Source of the DNA: Candidatus Latescibacterota bacterium | Lineage (GTDB): Bacteria; Latescibacterota; UBA2968 | DNA: 64,000 nucleotides | Direction: 5' to 3' | Assembly: GCA_965204375.1 (NCBI GenBank) | Contig: OZ241986.1 | Location: 1,344,001 to 1,408,000, forward strand | In this document: positions 50,557 through 59,126 of the stretch, in pieces | Layout: each line of letters starts with the position of its first letter | Numbering within the stretch: the first letter of the stretch is position 1 | Notes under the pieces: model-generated | The model's database searches: none | Seen by the model: the letters and a program-made list of their open reading frames with translations, nothing else | What the model was told of the DNA's origin: nothing | Position numbers and translations under genes: made by a program

Positions 50557-51918
50557 ATGGAAAAACAAAATATTGAGAAGCCGAATATCATCTATATCAT
50601 GCTGGATGAATGGGGATACTTTGAGTGGTCCGCCATGGATCATCCCATCCTTCAGACGCCCAATATCGACAAGATGGCATCTGAAGGCATCCGATTTACT
50701 CAGATGCTTGCGGGAGGCAATGTCTGTGCCCCGACACGCTGTGCGCTGATGACAGGTCAGCATACCGGGCATACAACGATCCGCGCAAATGGCGGTGGTC
50801 TGGCACTGCGTGTGGATGATGTGACGATCGCTGAAATGCTCAAAGCCGAGGGTTATGCAACTGGCGGCTTCGGCAAGTGGGGCCTGGGTGACGCCGGGAC
50901 AACGGGGGTGCCAGAGAAACACGGTTTCGACACCTTCTTTGGTTACTATCACCAAGTACATGCGCACACGTACTACCCGAGATATCTTCTCCGCAACAGC
51001 GAGAAGATGTATCTGGAGGGGAATACAGGCGACTTCCACTCTGGCGAAGTGTTCTCACATGGCCTCATCTACGAAGAAGGGCTGAAGTTCATACGGGAGA
51101 ACAAAGACCGCCCGTTCTTTGCATATTTACCGTGGACGCCTCCGCACGGCCAGTGGATGATGCCCGAATCGGATCCAGCATGGCAGAAGTACAGGGACGT
51201 GAAATGGGATGCCACGAACCAGAGAGGATCGCACGATGCACAGATGTACGCCGCAATGATGGAAATGGCCGATCGCCAGATAGGTGAGATCATGGATCTG
51301 CTGAAGGCGTTGGAGATTGACGAGAAGACAATCATCTTTGCTTGCGGCGACAATGGCGGTGCTACGTATTTCGCAAATGAGAACCACCCGCATGGCTTTT
51401 TTGCCCCCAATCTGAATCCCGGGACCGGCGAACGCTTCCGCGGGGGCAAGGGCAATTTCTATGAAGGTGGGCTGCGGGTTCCCTTCATCGTCCGGTGGCC
51501 GGGTCAGATTGCGCCGGGAACGGTTTCTGATCATCTGGGATACTTTCCTGATGTGATGCCCACTCTGGCGGAACTGACGGGCGCGAAGCCCGGGTCTGAT
51601 ATCGATGGTATTTCGATCGCGCCCACATTGTACGGTGACACAGGGGACAAGCAAGAGCAGCACGAGTATCTGTACTGGGAGGATCGGAAAAGCTGCGCTG
51701 TTCGTATGGGGAGTTGGAAAGCCGTAAGCCCAGATAAGGACGGGCCTTTTGAGTTGTATGACTTGAGTGCAGATGTAGAGGAACTGAATAATGTAGCGGC
51801 TCAGCATCCCGATATTCTCGAGAAGATGACGCAGCATGCCAGGGACGCTCACACTCCGATTCGCGAAGGCGATATTCTCGATCCATCTATGGGATTCAAA
51901 GGGCACGATGAGGATTAA
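50557..51918 (+). CDS. Arylsulfatase
   Basis: MLDEWGY, CAPTRCALMTG, GKWGLG, GDNG, GKGNFYEGG. Confidence 0.93.
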   Translation: MEKQNIEKPNIIYIMLDEWGYFEWSAMDHPILQTPNIDKMASEGIRFTQMLAGGNVCAPTRCALMTGQHTGHTTIRANGGGLALRVDDVTIAEMLKAEGYATGGFGKWGLGDAGTTGVPEKHGFDTFFGYYHQVHAHTYYPRYLLRNSEKMYLEGNTGDFHSGEVFSHGLIYEEGLKFIRENKDRPFFAYLPWTPPHGQWMMPESDPAWQKYRDVKWDATNQRGSHDAQMYAAMMEMADRQIGEIMDLLKALEIDEKTIIFACGDNGGATYFANENHPHGFFAPNLNPGTGERFRGGKGNFYEGGLRVPFIVRWPGQIAPGTVSDHLGYFPDVMPTLAELTGAKPGSDIDGISIAPTLYGDTGDKQEQHEYLYWEDRKSCAVRMGSWKAVSPDKDGPFELYDLSADVEELNNVAAQHPDILEKMTQHARDAHTPIREGDILDPSMGFKGHDED

Positions 51919-51938
51919 GCAAAAAATAGAAGCTATTA

Positions 51939-54050
51939 TTATCTGCCCGACAGATTTTTCGCACGGTTCACGAGATCGTGGACATCCATGTATGGTTCGG
52001 GGGCTGTAGATGTCCAGACGACCTCTCCGGTCGCATCCAGCAGGAGTGTGCCGTGTGTTGGGCCAGTGTGGGCCATTCCAAACCAGCCCGCCCATTTGCC
52101 AGCAGTGTCTGAGATGAGGCTCGACGACAGCGCAGCAACTCTCTCTTGGTCGGGCTCGGATTCTGGCGTGATAATCACCAGGTTGATGTCGTTCTCCCGA
52201 AGCACCTCGTCGAACAAACGCGCGTGCTCGTAACAATGCTCACATTGAACGCCAGTGATGAATGTGACGACGGTTGTCTTGCCAGTGATCAGGCTGAGTT
52301 GCTCTGGCTCTTCCACAACCAGGAACTGTCCCATCATGCCGTTGTCTTCGTGTTCCATGATATGGCAGTGGTACATGTATGGAATCTGAGGATCGGCATA
52401 TCGCTCGAAGGCCATGATGATCCGAACGAGATCACCGGGAGGCACCAGGACTGTGTCTTTCCAGCCGAGGTCGGCACCGGTGGGCGGTTGGCCGTTGCGA
52501 TCGAGAATTTGAAACTGGACGAGGTGGACGTGGAGAGGGTGAGGCTGACCGCCGCGATTGTGTACCTCCCAAATCTCAATGTCTCCCAATCGCACGACCT
52601 CATCAATTCTCGCCATATCCATTATCTTGCCGTTGATTGGTGGTCCCCCTCGCCCCCCTCGCCCCCCTCGCCCCCCTCGTCCCCCTCGTCCTCCTCGTCC
52701 TCCTCGACCACTTTGTACACCTTGTCCCCGTCCTCTCTGACCCCCTCGACCGCCCTGTAAGCCTTGTCCACGTCCACCTCGTCCTCCTCGACCACTTTGA
52801 ACACCTTGCCCACCCCGTCCTCCTTGTCCTCGTCCGCCCTGTATAGCCTCCAGATTCCGGGTGATGCGTTGTTGGATGTTTTGCAGTCGTCCGCCCTGTC
52901 CCCCTCGTCCACCCGGCATAGGTCCCACCAAAACCATCGGACGGGTTTTGGCGGCGTGTGAGGTATCGATGCGGGAGATGGTGTTGAGGCGTTCTGGCAG
53001 CGCGTGAGATGCACGTTTTGTCGGCTGGGGAACGATCTTCAGCAATTGTAAGTTCCCCGTGCCGATTCCCCAGAAAAACGATATGATAGTCCTCATAAAA
53101 CCGGCTTCCGGATAGCTTTTCAACACCACCTCATCTCCATCGCTGAAGTCAACGAGGATCTCGGCTCGCTCGCCGGGGGCGAGGATCACGCGGTTGGTTT
53201 GGTGGGGCGTCTCGAGGAATCCGCCATCTGTGGCGATCTGATGAAACTCGCGGTTGTCGTCAAAGCCGATGTAGTAGATTCGCGCATTCGAGCCGTTTAA
53301 CAGTCTGAATCGAATGCGACGTGACTCAACCTGGAGAAATGGATTATAGGTTCCATTGATCAGCATGGTGTTTCCGAAGACGGCACCCAGGTTGCGGGCA
53401 TAGCGAAACGCACCGTCGTCGTCAAACAATCGGTCTTGAATCACGACTGGAATGTCGTCAGCGCCGTAGGTCTTTGGCAGACTCAGCGCATCACTGTTAT
53501 CGTCATCGATCCACATGAGGCCAGCGATCCCCCGATAGACCTGCCGCCCCGTATTGTCATGCGGATGCGGGTGGTACCACAACGGAGCGGCCTGTTGATC
53601 GACCGGAAAGCTGGCAGTCCACGATTCTCCAGGCTCGATTTTCTGATGCGGTGTGCCGTCCATGCGAGCGGGAACGTGCATTCCGTGCCAGTGCATTGTC
53701 GTTATTTCATCCAGATTGTTCTGGACGATCAGATCGACCTCTTCGCCTCGACGCAGTCGTATCGTCGGTCCCAAAAACGGGCCATTAACGCCAGCTGTCG
53801 GTGTTTGTTTACCTGGCAGGAACTCTCGGCTTCCTTCGGCAACAGTCAGGTGAAATTGCCGTCGTCCTTCTACAACGGTTCCAAATAACTGATTTGGAAT
53901 CAGTAGCTTATTCTCAAAGGTCAACTCGCTGTTTGTGGCTCGGATGAACATCAGCCAGTAGCAGGTCGCGCCCAATAACAGTACGATAATCAACAGTTCT
54001 ATTGTGATTGGCTTCAGCCACCGGGGCCTGGTCGCCGTATCTGCAGGCAT
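51939..54050 (-). CDS. Three-domain multicopper oxidase (CueO/FtsP-like) with Gly/Arg-rich insert and C-terminal CxxC redoxin-like domain
   Basis: HWHG, WYHPH, HPLHVH, YHCHIMEHEDNGMM copper ligands complete; N-terminal TM segment; QCEHC in the last about 120 aa. Confidence 0.9.
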   Translation of the reverse strand: MPADTATRPRWLKPITIELLIIVLLLGATCYWLMFIRATNSELTFENKLLIPNQLFGTVVEGRRQFHLTVAEGSREFLPGKQTPTAGVNGPFLGPTIRLRRGEEVDLIVQNNLDEITTMHWHGMHVPARMDGTPHQKIEPGESWTASFPVDQQAAPLWYHPHPHDNTGRQVYRGIAGLMWIDDDNSDALSLPKTYGADDIPVVIQDRLFDDDGAFRYARNLGAVFGNTMLINGTYNPFLQVESRRIRFRLLNGSNARIYYIGFDDNREFHQIATDGGFLETPHQTNRVILAPGERAEILVDFSDGDEVVLKSYPEAGFMRTIISFFWGIGTGNLQLLKIVPQPTKRASHALPERLNTISRIDTSHAAKTRPMVLVGPMPGGRGGQGGRLQNIQQRITRNLEAIQGGRGQGGRGGQGVQSGRGGRGGRGQGLQGGRGGQRGRGQGVQSGRGGRGGRGGRGGRGGRGGRGGPPINGKIMDMARIDEVVRLGDIEIWEVHNRGGQPHPLHVHLVQFQILDRNGQPPTGADLGWKDTVLVPPGDLVRIIMAFERYADPQIPYMYHCHIMEHEDNGMMGQFLVVEEPEQLSLITGKTTVVTFITGVQCEHCYEHARLFDEVLRENDINLVIITPESEPDQERVAALSSSLISDTAGKWAGWFGMAHTGPTHGTLLLDATGEVVWTSTAPEPYMDVHDLVNRAKNLSGR
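52638..52915 (-). repeat. Coding low-complexity tandem repeats (9-bp GGR units; GQGVQSGRGGRGGRG twice)
   Basis: Plus strand shows cctcgcccc/cctcgtccc/cctcgtcct units; translation gives GRGGRGGRGGRGGRGGRGGRGG. Confidence 0.9.
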
Positions 54051-54163
54051 GCTTTCTCCTTACATGGGTGATCCGCATCGCGCGCTTGTGCCGTGAGCGG
54101 TGTAACAAGCGTTTTCTTATTTGACAGCAGAAATTCGCGGCGCGTTCCATTGCGCATCCTAAT

Positions 54164-54199
54164 AAAAAAAGGTCGTGAGATTAGTTCTCACGACCTTTT
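54164..54199 (-). terminator. Rho-independent terminator (possibly bidirectional) after the FAH gene
   Basis: AAAAGGTCGTGAGA-TTAGT-TCTCACGACCTTTT perfect stem; T7 tail on the minus strand. Confidence 0.85.
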
Positions 54200-54253
54200 G
54201 ATTTTGATTACTGAAAAAACTGAGTTACAAAAGCAGAATTCGTCCAACCTATT

Positions 54254-55093
54254 TTACCAACGTCTCTTCAGCGAATCGTGGACACTGACCTCTAAGTGAT
54301 GACCGAATCCCTCGATCTCCAACCGAACTTTGAAGCCATCCTGAATGGGTGACAGAGCTTCGTGATGGGTGCCGGTTGCAACGACATCCCCTGGCTCAAG
54401 GGTGATAACCTTGGTGATTTCCTCCAGCAACTCGGGAATGTGGCGGGCCATATCGCCTGTAGAAAAATCGTGTTTGAGAGTGTTGTTGACCCATAGTTTT
54501 ACTGAAAGGTCATTTGGGTTTGATACCTCATCGGCTGTCACTAAGACCGGTCCCAGAGGAGCAAAAGTGTGCCAGCTTTTTCCCAGGAAGAAGCCACCGG
54601 GCAATCCTCGGGCCGAAACATCTATGAACTGTGTGTAACCAAAGACGTGGTCCAGTGCGTCGGCTTGCGAGAGGTGGCTGGCTCTCTTGCCGATTACCAG
54701 AGCCAATTCTGGCTCAAAATGGAAAACACTCGCTTCGGCGGCCGGGAGTTCAACCGTGCTGCCGGTAGGCATCACGCTGGTGTTGGCCTTGAGAAAGCCA
54801 TTGAACAGACCACGCTCCGGGTGCCCTGGCTCGATATAATTACCGGCTGAACACATGAGTTGACCGGGGCGGGGTAGAGGCGATTGCAAAGTTACCGTAT
54901 CGAGGGCGACACCATTCCTACTTTCTACGTCACTCTCGATCCTGGATTGCATGGCATCCCAATCAGTAATAATCATCTGCATCATTTCTTGAGCGTTGTG
55001 ATGCCCCAGGTCTGCGACTGAATCTCCAACCGGGACGACTGTATCGCCCTGCAAAACGCCCAGTTGGAAGTCATTATAGAGTACGAGTTTCAT
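54254..55093 (-). CDS. Fumarylacetoacetate hydrolase family protein
   Basis: FEPELALVIG, DVSAR, GKSWHTFAPLGP, TLEPGDVVATGT. Confidence 0.92.
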   Translation of the reverse strand: MKLVLYNDFQLGVLQGDTVVPVGDSVADLGHHNAQEMMQMIITDWDAMQSRIESDVESRNGVALDTVTLQSPLPRPGQLMCSAGNYIEPGHPERGLFNGFLKANTSVMPTGSTVELPAAEASVFHFEPELALVIGKRASHLSQADALDHVFGYTQFIDVSARGLPGGFFLGKSWHTFAPLGPVLVTADEVSNPNDLSVKLWVNNTLKHDFSTGDMARHIPELLEEITKVITLEPGDVVATGTHHEALSPIQDGFKVRLEIEGFGHHLEVSVHDSLKRRW

Positions 55094-55123
55094 GAGAGTC
55101 TCCTTATTTAGAGGTTAGATGGG

Positions 55124-55683
55124 TTAAGCCTGATTGATCATCACCGCATTTACAGAGTGCGGAGAGAGTGATATCTTAAAGTTGGAGCCGCCAATTGGGA
55201 TTTCACGCGTGTCAATCGCAACTTCATTGGGTGAATTCCAGTCGTTTCGAGACATGTAACTCTCACCGGCAATGGTTTGGAGTTCTGCGGTGTTCGCTGG
55301 ATCGAAGTTGCTGAGTTCGCAAGTGATCTCGATTTCTTCGGTGGGATGGCGATTGAGAATCAGGAGAATCAAACCATTATCCGAGGTAGCTGCAAGAGCA
55401 TCTACGTAAGGCATGTTTCCCCCCACCATAATGGATTTGATGTTCGCCGCGAAGGTTGGCGATGAGGTGACAGAATGCACAAGGGTCGCCTCGGGAAGAT
55501 TGCCGTAGAGGTGTGACACCCAGTGAACCGGAGCCGGGTAAACGATCTCCCGCTCCTTCTTCAATCCGCCTCCGTGATTTACCAACACACTGTGGGTGAA
55601 CATCTCGACGAGATCACCTTGCCGCATTGCGCTGTGTAACGCGCCTGATAGGTAGAGCGACTCCGCCTGTGTGGCATTCGTCG
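55124..55683 (-). pseudogene. C-terminal part of a GH51 alpha-L-arabinofuranosidase-like gene, cut off by the tnpB element
   Basis: Frame open up to the element right end: (P)TNATQAESLYLSGALHSAMRQGDLVEM...LVNH...LNRH...PHSV. Confidence 0.8.
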
Positions 55684-55760
55684 GTGATTACTCCCAACGA
55701 TAGGGCAGTTGGGCTTCTTGGTGGTCAAACCACCTGACTTTGTAATCCCAAAGTCAATAT
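55684..55760 (-). ncRNA. 3' part of the predicted TnpB omega/reRNA scaffold; 5' limit uncertain, guide would be the flank from 55683 downward
   Basis: Three consecutive hairpins (55736-55755, 55720-55734, 55693-55713) overlapping the tnpB 3' end and ending in TCAC, as known for TnpB reRNAs. Confidence 0.65.
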
Positions 55761-56837
55761 GTTTATCACAGCGTTGTGGTCTCTGTCTGTGGTATAGCCA
55801 CACTTTTTGCAGTGATGTACACGCTCAGAAAGTGTTTTCTTCTCGCGGTGTCCACAAGCTGAACATGTCTGAGATGTGTATTGAGAAGGTACGGCCTTGA
55901 ATCCAATACCAGCTTCTTCCGCTTTGTATTCGAGACAATGCCGAAACATCGACCACGCTGCATCGCTGATGGACTTCGATAGCCTTCGATTCTTCTGCAT
56001 CTTCTGGACTTTTAGTTTCTCTGCGGCTATGAAGCCGAAACGATTGACTATCCTTCTTGATTGTTGATGGGCAAAGTGATGACGCTTATTCTTGATTCTT
56101 TCGTGAACGCGGGCGACAACCTTGCGATGTTTCTCTTTTCTTTTGGATTTGGTTTTCTTCACCTTGTCCCACTTTCGTTGCGCCTTCGCAAGGTTCTTTT
56201 CTTCCTTTCTGAAGAATCGTGGGTTATTGACCTTACTTTCATCCGAGAGCACCGCGAAAGCGTAGAGACCCACATCAATCCCAACAGCGGTGTCAGGATG
56301 ATCCTCAGACCGCACAGGCTCGCCAATATCACAACTGATCGACGCATACCACTTGCCTGTTGCTGACCGCGTGATGGTGCAGGTCTTAGGGACGCCTTCA
56401 ATTGGACGATGCTGGACAATACGGATACAGCCAATTTTGCCCAATTGCAAGCCTTTGTTGTCCAACCGGCATCCATTTGAGAACTGCGGATACGTGATAG
56501 AGTCATAGCGATTCTGACCCTTGTATCTTGGAAAGCCAGCTTTTTTAGCTTTGGCCTTGACCCTGCCAAAGAAGCCGTCAAATGCCTTGTCAACACGAAC
56601 AGCTACCTGTTGCAAAACTTGAGAATACACGCGTGCAAAATCGGGGCGTTGTGCCTTCATCAATGGCAATGTAGCTTGTTGTTCGTAGCAAGACAACGAC
56701 ACGCCATCCTGCTCCCATGCTTGAACACGGGCACATACCAACTGGTTGTAGAGCAATCGGCATGTTTCAATATGCGCTTGCAGTGTCGTAGTTTGCTTCT
56801 TTGTTGGACGCAAGCGGTATTTAAAAGTTCTGAGCAC
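55725..56837 (-). CDS. tnpB: RNA-guided endonuclease TnpB (apparently intact)
   Basis: [11 protein letters not shown] start, GFPRYK, RuvC D (GIDVG), E (AAEKL), D (DRDHNA), zinc ribbon CSAC/CKKC. Confidence 0.95.
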   Translation of the reverse strand: MLRTFKYRLRPTKKQTTTLQAHIETCRLLYNQLVCARVQAWEQDGVSLSCYEQQATLPLMKAQRPDFARVYSQVLQQVAVRVDKAFDGFFGRVKAKAKKAGFPRYKGQNRYDSITYPQFSNGCRLDNKGLQLGKIGCIRIVQHRPIEGVPKTCTITRSATGKWYASISCDIGEPVRSEDHPDTAVGIDVGLYAFAVLSDESKVNNPRFFRKEEKNLAKAQRKWDKVKKTKSKRKEKHRKVVARVHERIKNKRHHFAHQQSRRIVNRFGFIAAEKLKVQKMQKNRRLSKSISDAAWSMFRHCLEYKAEEAGIGFKAVPSQYTSQTCSACGHREKKTLSERVHHCKKCGYTTDRDHNAVINILTLGLQSQVV

Positions 56838-57073
56838 CGGGAAAACTCCAAAAAGAAAGCCGTATGGGGGTGTTTACCAAACAGCACAAAAGCTATTTGC
56901 CCCACACGGCTAAAATAAAAATAAAAAAGGCTTTTGTGGTTCTGGTCGGTGACAATGATAATATACTCAATCTATGGCGGTATGTCAGTATTCATATCCA
57001 CTGAAGCTATAAAGGGAAGTCCTTATTATCCCAACGCTAAAACTTTCTGCGAGTAGGCTTTACGGGCTTTATG

Positions 57074-57491
57074 GTAAGTAGGTCGATTGGCGGATTCCCG
57101 CTTCAGGTCCAGGAACTGTGATTCGCTGGCTTGTTTTGGCGTTGTACGGGTTAAGCCAGTCAATGAGATAGGTCGCATCTTTTGATCCGTAGGGGAGCCA
57201 TCGATAGGCGAGACCCTTTTCGTAGGCGGATCTGTGTCGCTCGATATCGGGATCCCTTAGACGATCGGCCTCTGGCGTCCAGATCCGGCTGAAGAAAGAC
57301 CAGTCTGCGAAGGATGTGTTCTCCAGTATTTGCGCCCACATTCCATTGTAGATGTTGCGACCGAGATGCTCTGTGAATTTCCCGAAAAGATTTCGATTGA
57401 TGGGTTTATCCGCTTTCCGACGGCAATCAATGAACACACGAGCCTCACCATCGATCGGTTTGATCTGGATCAGAGGATCGGCGTTGGGCAT
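57074..57491 (-). pseudogene. N-terminal part of a GH51-like gene interrupted by the tnpB element
   Basis: GGAG RBS before ATG 57491; INRNLFGKFTEHLGRNIYNGMWAQILEN is a GH51 N-terminal motif. Confidence 0.82.
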
Positions 57492-57668
57492 GTATTGGTC
57501 TCCAGAATTTGGATGATGTCGATTGCATTCGAGTCCAGTTAGTGGAGCCAATATAAGACATTTTCTCGGGGATTGAAAATCTGAATGATGGCTTGCGATT
57601 TCTTTCACAGGTACTATATTGAAAAGGCCATTGTTGAGGATTAATATGGAAATCATCTGGAGACCGAC

Positions 57669-57779
57669 ATGAATAAGCCATCTTCGCGTCCTGCCAATTT
57701 CATTTTTATTTTAAGCGATACGCATCGTTATGACGCTATGTCATTTACGAACCCTTTGAAGGATCATTTTGAAATTTAT
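57669..57779 (+). pseudogene. N-terminal sulfatase remnant interrupted by the second tnpB element
   Basis: GGAG RBS; MNKPSSRPANFIFILSDTHRYDAMSF matches sulfatase starts; ends at TTAT, where the element left end begins. Confidence 0.7.
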
Positions 57780-58749
57780 CAGATAGCCCGTAAAACCCAT
57801 CGGCTTTAGCGATGGGATAAAAGGCTTACGAATTTATGGAGTGGTCTGCCTGTGCGTGCGGGCACGCACGCAGACAGGTACTTTAGCGTTGGGGCACAAT
57901 CATCAAGGGATTGTGGGCGGTGAGCCATTGTGATTCGTCCGATAGTTCCACGAAAAATGGGTTGACAAAATATGCTCATAAGTATATATCTTTATTATGT
58001 TTAAGTCCTTCAAATACAGACTGCGCCCAACGAAAAAACAGGAGAAAATCCTGACGGCGCACATTGAAGAATGTCGCTTGTTGTATAACCAGCTTCTTTG
58101 TGTGAGAGTACAAGCCTGGGAGCAAAAGCATCAGTCTTTGTCCTGCTATGACCAGATAAAAACCATTCCATTGATGAAGAAACAACGACCTGAATTTACG
58201 CAAGTGTATAGTCAGGTGTTGCAACAGGTCGCGGTACGGGTTGATCTTGCATTCAAGGCGTTCTTTCGTCGTGTCAAAGAGCGGGCAAAGACGGGCGAGA
58301 AAGCAGGCTTTCCCAGATACAAGGGTCAGAATCGCTATGATTCTATCACCTATCCTCAGTTTTCCAATGGTTGCCGATTGGACGATAAGGGCTTGCGATT
58401 GGGTAAGATAGGCTGTATTCGGATTGTCCAGCACAGACCCCTTGAGGGTATGCCCAAGTCTTGCAGTCTCAGGCGCACGGCTACTGGTAAGTGGTTTGTT
58501 ACTATCTCTTGTGATATAGGCGACACAAGTAAAAAAATAAACATTGATTCTGCCGTCGGTATTGACGTGGGACTTGATAATTTTGCTATGTTTTCTGACA
58601 GAGAGAAGGTAGCAAATCCTCGCTTTTTTCAAAAAGAGGAAAAGGCGCTTGCCAAAGCACAGCGCAAGTGGGAAAAAGTAAAAAAAGTGTCGCCAAAGAA
58701 ACGAGAGAGAGCACGTAAGACTGTTGCCAGAGTGCATGAGCGTATCCGT
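57780..58749 (+). mobile_element. Truncated IS200/IS605-family tnpB element (left end plus 5' two-thirds of tnpB)
   Basis: Left end CAGATAGCCCGTAAA after TTAT, subterminal hairpin CCCATCG-GCTTTAG-CGATGGG (57796-57816); tnpB closely similar to 55725-56837; right end absent. Confidence 0.8.
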
Positions 58750-59091
58750 ATGGATTACGACTACATCATAATTGGCGCGGGATCTGCTGGGTGTGCTGTT
58801 GCGGGGCGTTTGAGTGAAAGTGGGCAGTATCGCGTTTTATTGTTGGAAGCCGGTGGTCCGGATGATCGAGACGCGATTCACATTCCCGCGCGATTTCCAG
58901 ATCTGTTTCATACAGATAAAGATTGGGATTATGAAACCACACCGCAAACTGGGTTTAATGGGTGGCAGGATTACGTGCCGCGTGGCAAAATGTATGGCGG
59001 TTCGAGTTCTATCAATGCGATGGTCTATCAGCGAGGTCATCCGAGTATAATGATCGGGGAGAAAGCTGCAGATATGATTCTGGGTGGCTAA
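57997..59091 (+). pseudogene. Chimeric ORF: truncated TnpB (251 aa) fused in frame to an internally deleted GMC oxidoreductase (113 aa from 58750)
   Basis: TnpB up to VARVHERIR, then [14 protein letters not shown]...LLEAG...[23 protein letters not shown]|[11 protein letters not shown]. Confidence 0.8.
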
Positions 59092-59126
59092 ATTCACTAC
59101 ACACTTTTAGAAATGAAGGGATTTAC

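Larger units (their letters stand above)
55684..57073 (-). mobile_element. IS200/IS605-family tnpB-only element (IS1341-like), 1390 bp
   Basis: Left end follows TTAC and begins CATAAAGCCCGTAAA; right end GAAGCCCAAC...GTTGGGAGTAATCAC; no tnpA ORF found. Confidence 0.85.

Noticed and set aside
52622-53014. Acidic overlapping ORF (EEDEEDEGDEGGEG...) and Pro-rich antisense ORFs
   Set aside because: Alternative-frame readings of the GGR repeat within the multicopper oxidase.
55725-56837. Cas12f/type V CRISPR effector
   Set aside because: No adjacent CRISPR array or cas1/cas2; it has typical IS200/IS605 ends.
55684-57073. IStron (group I intron-tnpB hybrid) explanation for the in-frame insertion
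   Set aside because: Only about 236 nt precede tnpB and I could not recognise a group I core; the element ends in TCAC rather than an intron-type terminal G. A covariance-model search would settle it.
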